Source of the DNA: Candidatus Parcubacteria bacterium
GTDB taxonomy: Bacteria; Patescibacteriota; Patescibacteriia; Patescibacteriales; UBA12075
NCBI GenBank assembly: GCA_002869165.1
Contig: PKTK01000001.1
Span: 446,005-510,004, forward strand
Direction of reading: 5' to 3'
DNA length: 64,000 bases
The translations under genes were made by a program, and so were the position numbers. The notes beneath the pieces are model-generated. The model was not told where the DNA came from, did no database searches, and saw only the letters and a list, made by a program, of their open reading frames with translations. This document shows, in pieces, positions 38,259 to 46,439 of this stretch; positions within the stretch are counted from its first letter, which is position 1, and each line of letters starts with the position of its first letter.

Positions 38259-38534
38259 TTACTGAACTAACCACATGCTACCATTTTCAACCTCTGCTGG
38301 TAGATCACTTCCTGTCATTTTTTGAATAACTAAACCACCTTCAGCCTGAAATTTACCTGATTTAGCCTGAGTGTCATCACCGGTATTTATTGGAGCTGGT
38401 ACATTACCTTCAACTGGAGCATCAGTTGGAGAGGTCCAGGCGGCCAAAAGACCCTGAAAAGAAAGTGAAAGTCCTAGAGTGATTGCAACTGCAAAAAAAA
38501 CAATTGTAAAAATTTTAAAATTTTCCTTTTTCAT
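38259..38534 (-). CDS. small secreted/anchored protein with AWTSPTxAP...N.PAPINTG...Q.KSG motif
   Basis: N-terminal TM/signal; motif block recalled from N-termini of fibre-like proteins in small-genome bacteria (recollection, not searched). Confidence 0.5.
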   Translation of the reverse strand: MKKENFKIFTIVFFAVAITLGLSLSFQGLLAAWTSPTDAPVEGNVPAPINTGDDTQAKSGKFQAEGGLVIQKMTGSDLPAEVENGSMWLVQ

Positions 38535-38591
38535 AAAAGTTTTATTTGAAGACTTGTCTTCAATTTGATTATTAATTTAATATATTATTAA

Positions 38592-39752
38592 TTATAACAC
38601 ATTTTGCCGAATATCGCATCCGCAGTTTTTACTTATAACTCCTCCCCCTATTAGCCTGTCTCCCTGATACCAAACCACACTCTGGCCAACAGTGATAGCT
38701 CGCTGTTTTTCATAAAATCTTGACTTTACAATCTTCCCATTTTTAAATATTTTATTTAATATTGGCCATTTTATTATATTATTAATTATTAATTTTGTTT
38801 TAACGGGCTTATGTCTATACCTAATTACTGCCTCACAATCAGATCTCTTTTTTGGTTTTTTATTGCTAATAAAATTATTTTCTTCTGATTCCAAACAATC
38901 ACTCATGAGCAAACTATCCACAGGATCACTTACGACATACAAAATATTTCTAACATTATCCACACCTGCTACATAGTATGGGCCTGTTCCTCCAATATTG
39001 ACCCCTCTTCTTTGGCCAATAGTGTAAAGTGGTAAACCATCATGTTCGCCAATCTCTTTTGTTACTCTTTTGTCTTTTTCTTTCTTGTCAGTAACTAATA
39101 TTATTTTTCCCTTTGTTAACTTTAACTTCTTTTTTAAAAAATCATTCTGTTCAATCGCTTTTCCAGATTCGGTCAAAAAGCAAATATCCATGCTCTCCTT
39201 TTCAAGTATTGGGATTCCTTCTTGTTTTACCATCTTTTTAATATCTTCCTTTTCATAATTACCCAAAGGAAACAAAATATTTTTTAGCTGATCTTGTTTT
39301 AGGTTATAAAGAAAATAACTTTGGTCCTTGGTCTTGTCTATACCCTTAAAAATCTCAAACTCTTTTATTTCTTTGTTGTATTTATTAATCACATAATGCC
39401 CAGTTGCTAAAAAGTCCGCTCCCAATCTATCTTTCCACTTCATCAACTCACCAAATTTTATAACCTTGTTGCATTTTACGCATGGATTTGGCGTCTGCCC
39501 CTGTTCATACGACTCAATAAAATAATCAATTATTTCTCTTTTGAATTCTTGGCTGACATTAACAGGATAAAACTTAATTTTTAAAAAATCACAAACCTTT
39601 CTTGCAGCAAGCTCTGCTTCCTGGTAATTATCTCCAATTCGCATAAAAACCCCCTCTACTTGATACCCTTGTTTTTTTAATAAAAAAGCAGCGGCGCTAC
39701 TATCAACACCGCCAGAAATTGCTACTAGTACTTTTTGTTTTGGTTTACTCAT
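38592..39752 (-). CDS. mnmA: tRNA 2-thiouridine(34) synthase MnmA
   Basis: PP-loop VAISGGVDSS, NPCVKCN, DQSYFL, full length. Confidence 0.9.
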   Translation of the reverse strand: MSKPKQKVLVAISGGVDSSAAAFLLKKQGYQVEGVFMRIGDNYQEAELAARKVCDFLKIKFYPVNVSQEFKREIIDYFIESYEQGQTPNPCVKCNKVIKFGELMKWKDRLGADFLATGHYVINKYNKEIKEFEIFKGIDKTKDQSYFLYNLKQDQLKNILFPLGNYEKEDIKKMVKQEGIPILEKESMDICFLTESGKAIEQNDFLKKKLKLTKGKIILVTDKKEKDKRVTKEIGEHDGLPLYTIGQRRGVNIGGTGPYYVAGVDNVRNILYVVSDPVDSLLMSDCLESEENNFISNKKPKKRSDCEAVIRYRHKPVKTKLIINNIIKWPILNKIFKNGKIVKSRFYEKQRAITVGQSVVWYQGDRLIGGGVISKNCGCDIRQNVL

Positions 39753-39821
39753 ATATTCATCGCCCGCTATTTTACAAATAGCTTACAAATTTACTAATAT
39801 AATCATTCAAGCCTCCTTTTT

Positions 39822-39868
39822 TGTCATTATCTGCGAGCCGCCAACTGGCAGGTTGCCGGGAGTGATAC
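39822..39868. repeat. GTCAT-hairpin-family element, short divergent copy
   Basis: tgtcattatctgcgagccgccaactggcaggttgccgggagtgataca. Confidence 0.5.
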
Positions 39869-39874
39869 AATTAT

Positions 39875-41392
39875 TTACAATAAATAAATCACATCAAACC
39901 CACTTTCCAAATAATGAAAATTTACAAATAACAAACCGGCTATCAAGATGATCACTGTCAGAGTTTGGACTATGACTGGTTTGTGTTGGACTTCATACCT
40001 AACAATTATTTTGATAGTCAAAGATGCTATCAAAATACAAAGGATAATTGCTAATATGATTTGGGATAAATGTACGGCTTCTGATGAGAATATAAAATTA
40101 CTTTTATCGCTGTATTCAGTGGCAATGCTAGCAATTGGTAGACTCTTTTCATCTGCTTCAACATTCACAGCTTTTTCTCTGGGGTCACTTAACAGAGCTA
40201 TGTCATTACTATGTCTGAATACTTTTATTAATTCAACTGGAATTTCTTCAGAGTTATCCATTGTAGCGGAGACATCTTGATCTTTGTTTATGTTAAGAGG
40301 GGTGGAATCTTCCTTGCTTGACTGGACAATCGGTTCACTAGACGCTTTTACTTCTTCTTCTGGCTCTTGAGTAGCTATATCTGATTCTATTCCTAGTACC
40401 TCACTCTCTTCATCTTGTTTACTCTCAAGAAAAGCGCCTTTGGGAAGTTCTAATGCCTGAATATTATAATCGTCTTCTTGAATAGTCTCTGGCTCTTTAG
40501 TATCAGCCTCAACTTTAGCTATTTCAATTTTTTCACCAATTGGATGTTTGATCTCTTCGACTTTTTCAACTATTTCCTCCTCTACCTGGGTGGCTTCAAC
40601 CAAGTTCTGGCTCTCGTGACCCAAGTCTCGTTCGGAAAATAACTCAACCAACACATTCGTTTCCTTGCCATCAATCTCTCCACGAATTAATGCTAATCCG
40701 ATTTCATTGTATTGTTTATTCAAAATATTCTTTCTGTGACTCACTGAATTCATTAGCGCTGAATGAACTGCTTCGGCGGTATTAAAACTCATGGCCAGGT
40801 TCTCTCCTACAATCTTGTAAGCATACTGGCTTCTATCTATAAAATCCCAAGGTTTTAAACCTTCGGGGGTGGTGTGAGAAAAATAATTTTTCAAAACCAT
40901 ATCATTGGCCTTGTTCAAAGCATAGCCACTGAGAAGAGCATTCTTCTCTAGTGGAGGAACTGAATTTTCAATTCTTGATTGATTGGTAAGCTCCAGGATC
41001 CTGGCTATAAGTAGATCATCCGCTTTACTTTTACTAGGAAAAATAAAATACAAATATGACACAACTGATATTTTTACCAATATAGAAAGCAAAACAAATA
41101 TTGCCAATGATTTGGTTTTTAAAATACGTGGCAAATGATTATTACAATCACAAGGAACAAAATATTCTTTCAAAATAGAACAAGAATGATTACAAAAATC
41201 ATAAAAGCCTTCTCTATCTTTTTCATATTTTTTTATTTCCTTTTCTTCTTTGCCTAAAAATTCTTTGAAATTCTTTTCAATATGTCCTAATCGTTTATTA
41301 AAAAACCCCAATTTCTTCAAAAACAAAAAAGAACTGATGCCAAAAAACACCCAGAACTTTATTCCATGTTTTTTATTCTTTTTATCTTTCAT
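39875..41392 (-). CDS. membrane protein with extracellular CAP/SCP (YkwD-like) domain
   Basis: SCP block NYFSHTTPEG...ENLAMSF...AVHSALMNSVSHRKNIL...YNEIGLAL; acidic linker; C-terminal TM helices; likelier start MKDKKNKK (41392). Confidence 0.7.
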   Translation of the reverse strand: MKDKKNKKHGIKFWVFFGISSFLFLKKLGFFNKRLGHIEKNFKEFLGKEEKEIKKYEKDREGFYDFCNHSCSILKEYFVPCDCNNHLPRILKTKSLAIFVLLSILVKISVVSYLYFIFPSKSKADDLLIARILELTNQSRIENSVPPLEKNALLSGYALNKANDMVLKNYFSHTTPEGLKPWDFIDRSQYAYKIVGENLAMSFNTAEAVHSALMNSVSHRKNILNKQYNEIGLALIRGEIDGKETNVLVELFSERDLGHESQNLVEATQVEEEIVEKVEEIKHPIGEKIEIAKVEADTKEPETIQEDDYNIQALELPKGAFLESKQDEESEVLGIESDIATQEPEEEVKASSEPIVQSSKEDSTPLNINKDQDVSATMDNSEEIPVELIKVFRHSNDIALLSDPREKAVNVEADEKSLPIASIATEYSDKSNFIFSSEAVHLSQIILAIILCILIASLTIKIIVRYEVQHKPVIVQTLTVIILIAGLLFVNFHYLESGFDVIYLL

Positions 41393-41454
41393 ATTTATAT
41401 TATAACACAAAAATCAAATATCATGAAGCACGTATCACATAACACAAAACAAAA

Positions 41455-41534
41455 GTGTCATTCTAAACGTAAGTGAAGAATCACATGGCTCAATAATTTT
41501 AAACCGGGATTATTCGCTCCGCTCAGAATGACAC
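41455..41534. repeat. GTCAT-hairpin element
   Basis: gtgtcATTCTaaacgtaagtgaAGAATcac ... ggattattcgctccgctcagaatgacac. Confidence 0.8.
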
Positions 41535-41547
41535 TTAAAGAAGAGTA

Positions 41548-41584
41548 TTCTTAATTCTTAATTCTTAATTCTTAATTCTTAATT
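41548..41584 (+). repeat. (TTCTTAA)5 heptamer array
   Basis: Five perfect units plus TT, 13 nt after the hairpin element, 4 nt from the sortase stop codon. Confidence 0.95.
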
Positions 41585-41588
41585 AATA

Positions 41589-42260
41589 TTAATTCTCGAT
41601 TGGTTCTGCTATAACAACCAAACGATTTTCAGTTGAATAAATTGGAGTACAGGTAAACATGGTTAATCTAGGCTCGACAGTCTGGTCCATGATGCTTATT
41701 TCTGTTTCAGGAACCACCTTGGTTTCGATTATATGGTAATTTATCTCTTCTTTATTCCATAAAACAGTAACTAAGTCCCCTTTCTCTAGTTTATCAAAAG
41801 AATAAAAAGTCACATTATGGGGCGGTAGATATTTAAACCTGTGGCCTGTAATAACAGTATTTCCTCCTTGATCAGGCGTAGAAGAATCTGGCACTCGCCA
41901 AGCACCCATGGAAAGTCCTTGTTGTTCATTATCAGACTCCACAATTGGGGCATTTACGCCTATTTTAGGGATTATAAGCCTATTTGGGGATACATCGTAG
42001 TCAATACTAGGCAAAACGCTATTTATGACCCTTTTGTGCGCTTCTAGGCTAGTGGTGGCATTCGAACTCTCATATGGCACAAATTCTACTTTATCCTCAT
42101 ATTTAAACTTATAAACCAACCAGGGATAAAAAGGAAATAAAAGCAAATAAAGCAAGATTAAAACTGCTAAAATCTCTAATCCATAAATAAAATATTTTAA
42201 TATTTTTTGCTTGTTAATATTCATAATTTTATTATAACACAAATAAATAACAGAAAACAT
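41589..42260 (-). CDS. sortase family transpeptidase
   Basis: N-terminal TM, catalytic His (VITGHR), Cys motif LTMFTCTP (TLxTC), Arg (NRLVVIAE); likelier start MNINKQK (42224). Confidence 0.85.
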   Translation of the reverse strand: MFSVIYLCYNKIMNINKQKILKYFIYGLEILAVLILLYLLLFPFYPWLVYKFKYEDKVEFVPYESSNATTSLEAHKRVINSVLPSIDYDVSPNRLIIPKIGVNAPIVESDNEQQGLSMGAWRVPDSSTPDQGGNTVITGHRFKYLPPHNVTFYSFDKLEKGDLVTVLWNKEEINYHIIETKVVPETEISIMDQTVEPRLTMFTCTPIYSTENRLVVIAEPIEN

Positions 42261-42582
42261 ATAAATTTCATTATTATAAATATACTAAAATTATATTATA
42301 TTTTTGTTAAAATTGTAAGTTTTATTTTTTTGTTTTTGTAGATGTTAACTAATTCGCTAAAAAATATGATTCTCCCCTTGAAGTGGGGTGCTCCCAAGGG
42401 GGGGGTGTTAGGCCGTGAATTATTTAATTATCTAATATCAAATATAACACACCCCTAGCACGCTTATCTTGAAATAACGACTATACGGTGAATTGGCATA
42501 AGATTTATTTTTTAGACAACCAACCCTTCTCAAGAAGGGAGTTCTTGGTAAATTATGAATATAAACAGGAATGATAAAGAAA

Positions 42583-42620
42583 ATAAAAAAAAGACTCGCC
42601 TTTTATTGGGCGAGTCTTTT
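42583..42620 (-). terminator. rho-independent terminator after the surface-protein gene
   Basis: agactcgcc-ttttattg-ggcgagtct with a long T-run on the minus strand. Confidence 0.8.
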
Positions 42621-42654
42621 CTATATATTTTAATATATATTTAAATATATATTT

Positions 42655-45600
42655 CTAGGCTAATAATTTTTCTCTTCCAACTCTAGCGCCAACCAAAGAA
42701 GTTAAGGCAAACATCATTAGTGCCATGAGTTCATTTACTGAAAAACCAGTCTCAGCAAGAACCATTACTTCTTCCACGCTGACATCAGCTGATGAGCTTA
42801 CTTCAGAATAGTTATCAGCTATTGCTGTAGCTGTATTTGTAATAACACCAGCGGCTTGATCTGCATCGATCATAGCTTTGAAGGTCACTTCCCTGCTTTC
42901 ATTGGCTGGGATATCTCCCAAGTTCCATGACTTGCTAGTAGTATCATCATCATATGTCAATCCTGCAGGCAAAACATCATTTACCACTACATTGAAAGCA
43001 TCTAGACTTCCAGTGTTGCTTACCACCACAGTATAATTTAATTCGTCTCCTGGGTTAGCATTGTTTATATCAACAGATTTAACGATATTCAATACTGGAG
43101 CACCTTCTTCACCTAAAACAACTGGAGTTTCTTCAGTAGGTTCGGATGTGCTTATTTCTGTAGTGGTTATTCTCCAGCCAGTTCCACCGCCTCCGCCAGT
43201 ACTTCCACCGCCACCAGAGGTAGTTACGGTGCTACAGTCAGAGCTACAATAACCTTCTTGACCATTGTTTGCTCCACTATCACAAGCTTCATCGCCTTCT
43301 ATTATGCCGTCTCCACAAACTGGTTCGTCACCTCCACCACCTTCAGTGGTACAATCAGATGAACAACCGTCACCATCTGTTTGATTTCCATCATCACATT
43401 GTTCCCAGCTTTGATTTACATAGCCGTCGCCACAATATTCATCAGAACCTCCGCCAATGGTTTCACAGTCAGAAGTACAATAATCAGAACCATTTGGTCC
43501 GTCATCACATTCTTCCCAATCTTGATTCACTTCTCCGTCTCCACAAATTGGATCATTATCTTCTGGAGGTATATTATAGAAATTTACAAACCATGGATCA
43601 ATGCCATCAAAACTTCCATCCATGTATTTGTATTCATAAAAATTCCAATCTCCATAGTCCCAATCACCACCGATCTTTTCCTCTACTCTATAGTCGCCAG
43701 CTTCTGGGAAGAAACAATAGTAACCATTCTCATCTGTTACTGTTTCGTCAACAATCTCTTCAAAACCACAATGTAGGGCTTTTACTGCATCTACATCATA
43801 ACCATCACCACCATCAAAATCTTCAGGATTTGAAGCATCAACTAGCTTAATTCTATAAGTATAGTCAAGATCTCCAAGATCAAATGTGCTATCGCCTTCT
43901 TGGCAATCAGGTTCTCCTAGACTTACCCAATCACTTGCGTCTTCATCCCAGGCAAAAGCTTCAATGTATTCTGGATATGCATCACAACTGGCATCTCCAT
44001 TAGTTGTTTCATAGACCATGACATCATCGCCATCACCATTTATTACTCTATTTTCAAAATTCAAAATAATTTCACCACCAAATCCTAATGAAACAAAAAC
44101 ATCATCATTTTCACCAAGTGCTTGACTAGTGTCTTTTCTGTCATCAGCAATCTCGCCTACTAAATTGTAGCCATAAACCTCATCTGCCCATTCATCACCT
44201 TCTTCACAAGTCTCAATCTGTTTAAGGTAAATAGGCCAACCCTCTACGGTTGCATCAGTATTATAATTATATTTATAACCACAGATTCCTGGTTCATTAT
44301 AAAAATCTAATCCTGATTCGAAACTAGGTGGTAATCCAATAAATGCATCACCAGGAATTATAGTTGCAGAATCAGAAAGTGAACTTATCTTTACTGCTTC
44401 CACTTCTCCCAAGGTAACATCATAATAATACTGCTTAGTTTCTTCATAAGGATAAACTTGTCTCCAACCGTCTTGCATCACCTCATGTACTTCAAAGTCA
44501 CCTGCGCACAATCCTTCAAAAAAGTAATAACCTTCTTCGTCAGTAGTTGTAGCAAATACTAATTCATTATCTTGCCAAAGTTGAATATCCCAACCTGACA
44601 AATACTGCCTATCATTAGCGTGCATCTTGTATCCTTCAATTGAGTAGTCACAGACTTCATCATACGTACAGCTCTTATCATCAACAGTTGCACTTGGGTC
44701 ATAGTTGTTAGCTTCTGGGTCAGTACAACCATAAACTGGATAAACACATGAATCATCATCAATAGTTGCTGTTTCATCATAGTTTGTTGCTTCAGGATCT
44801 GTACAACCTGAGTATACACAACTTTGATCATCTTCTGTTGCACTCTCATCATAATTATCAGCGTCTGGGTCAGTACAACCCAAATAATAACAAGAACCAT
44901 CTTCTACATCAGCTGATTCATCGTAGTTGTCAGCTAATGGATCAGTACAACCATAATATTCGCATGTTCCATCATCGTCTGTTGCACCTTGATTGTAATT
45001 AGCAGCAGTCTCATCAGTACAGCCATAAACTGGGTAAGTACATGAACCGTCATCAAAATTAGCTTCTGGATCATAGTTATCTGCTTCTTCGTCTGTGCAA
45101 CCTTCAATTTTAGCTATACAAGAACCGTCGTCTTCGGTTGCTTCTGTGTTATAATTAATCGCACTTTGATCAGTGCAGCCAGTTATTGGATAAATACAAG
45201 AACCGTCGTCTTCAGTTGCTGAAGAATTGTAATTAGAAGCCTCTTCATCGGTACAACCAAGAATAGGATAAGTACATGAACCATTATCAAAGTTAGCTCC
45301 TGGGTCATAGTTATCTGCAGAGTCGTCTGTACAACCATAATACAAACATGAACCATCATCTATATTAGCGCCTGAATCATAATTGTCAGCAGTATCATCA
45401 GTACAACCAAGATATTCACATGAACCATCGTCTATATTAGCGCCTGAATCATAATTGTCAGCAGTATCATCAGTACAACCAAGATATTCACATGAACCAT
45501 CGTCTTCAGTGGCTGATTCACTGTAATTATTTGCTTCTGGGTCAGTGCAACCAGAGATCTCTAGTTTATTAACTTGTATAGGCACGTCTTTATTTCCTAC

Positions 45601-46161
45601 ACTTTCATTATTAACACCGTCTATTAATCTTGAATGAAGCTGTGCTCCGCTCCAATTACTTGCATTGTCGGCCAACAAACCATAATATTGCAATTCAACT
45701 TCACTTGAATCAGCGGTAAAAAACAATGTATAGGTAACAGTATTCGGCAGGCTTGCACTAACAGTCCCCGCTGATAAAGAAATACCACTAGCACTACCAT
45801 CCCATGTACCAGGAGTATTAAAATTTTCATAACCCACCAATCCTGTACTGTCTTGATAGTCATGCTGAATATCTAGCTCATAGCTCATACCTGAAGTTAA
45901 ACCCCCAATAGTTAATTTAAAAGGTACGTTATCTCCTTCAGAATAACAAGAACCAGCTTGACAAATATTGCCAGTAGTAAATGTTCCTGCCTTTGTTTGA
46001 CCTTCTAACTTATACTGAATAGTTGAAGATACAGCACTAGCATCTTCAATATTAAAAAACACGCCTAAAAATGACATGTTGAAGATGAGCACTAACATTG
46101 TGAAAATGTTTAAACATTTGTAAAAATTAAACCCTCCTATGTGTTTTTTACTTTTACTCAT
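42655..46161 (-). CDS. 1168-aa sortase-anchored surface protein (LAETG sorting signal)
   Basis: Signal/TM; 12 repeats GCTDxxAxNYxxxAxxDDGSCxY; three CGDGxxxxxxExCDxG Cys-rich repeats; DUF11-like domain (NYTVVVSNTGSLDAFNVVVNDVLPAGLTY); C-terminal LAETG + hydrophobic helix + RVGREK. Confidence 0.85.
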   Translation of the reverse strand: MSKSKKHIGGFNFYKCLNIFTMLVLIFNMSFLGVFFNIEDASAVSSTIQYKLEGQTKAGTFTTGNICQAGSCYSEGDNVPFKLTIGGLTSGMSYELDIQHDYQDSTGLVGYENFNTPGTWDGSASGISLSAGTVSASLPNTVTYTLFFTADSSEVELQYYGLLADNASNWSGAQLHSRLIDGVNNESVGNKDVPIQVNKLEISGCTDPEANNYSESATEDDGSCEYLGCTDDTADNYDSGANIDDGSCEYLGCTDDTADNYDSGANIDDGSCLYYGCTDDSADNYDPGANFDNGSCTYPILGCTDEEASNYNSSATEDDGSCIYPITGCTDQSAINYNTEATEDDGSCIAKIEGCTDEEADNYDPEANFDDGSCTYPVYGCTDETAANYNQGATDDDGTCEYYGCTDPLADNYDESADVEDGSCYYLGCTDPDADNYDESATEDDQSCVYSGCTDPEATNYDETATIDDDSCVYPVYGCTDPEANNYDPSATVDDKSCTYDEVCDYSIEGYKMHANDRQYLSGWDIQLWQDNELVFATTTDEEGYYFFEGLCAGDFEVHEVMQDGWRQVYPYEETKQYYYDVTLGEVEAVKISSLSDSATIIPGDAFIGLPPSFESGLDFYNEPGICGYKYNYNTDATVEGWPIYLKQIETCEEGDEWADEVYGYNLVGEIADDRKDTSQALGENDDVFVSLGFGGEIILNFENRVINGDGDDVMVYETTNGDASCDAYPEYIEAFAWDEDASDWVSLGEPDCQEGDSTFDLGDLDYTYRIKLVDASNPEDFDGGDGYDVDAVKALHCGFEEIVDETVTDENGYYCFFPEAGDYRVEEKIGGDWDYGDWNFYEYKYMDGSFDGIDPWFVNFYNIPPEDNDPICGDGEVNQDWEECDDGPNGSDYCTSDCETIGGGSDEYCGDGYVNQSWEQCDDGNQTDGDGCSSDCTTEGGGGDEPVCGDGIIEGDEACDSGANNGQEGYCSSDCSTVTTSGGGGSTGGGGGTGWRITTTEISTSEPTEETPVVLGEEGAPVLNIVKSVDINNANPGDELNYTVVVSNTGSLDAFNVVVNDVLPAGLTYDDDTTSKSWNLGDIPANESREVTFKAMIDADQAAGVITNTATAIADNYSEVSSSADVSVEEVMVLAETGFSVNELMALMMFALTSLVGARVGREKLLA
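44670..45560. repeat. coding tandem repeats (12 x ~24-26 codons, GCTD...DDGSC units)
   Basis: Periodicity is visible in both DNA and protein; includes a perfect 2 x 72-bp duplication at 45361-45504. Confidence 0.85.
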
Positions 46162-46439
46162 AAGTTTTTGTAAATAATATTTATATTGTGTATAAAATTG
46201 TTCTTACTATTAAAATTACAGTTTTTTTAAGCACTTGTCAATAAAAATCTAATTTAATATTAACAAATTTTAATTAGAACTGCATTAATTACTTTTTTAT
46301 ACTAAAGTATATTTTTTTATCATATTTACAATAATTTGTCAAGAGCTGAATTTACTAAAACTTAACCATACTTTTAAGTAAATCCAATGTTAATATTTTA
46401 TAATAATATTAGCGAAAAAATAAATTATCTGGATACTTT

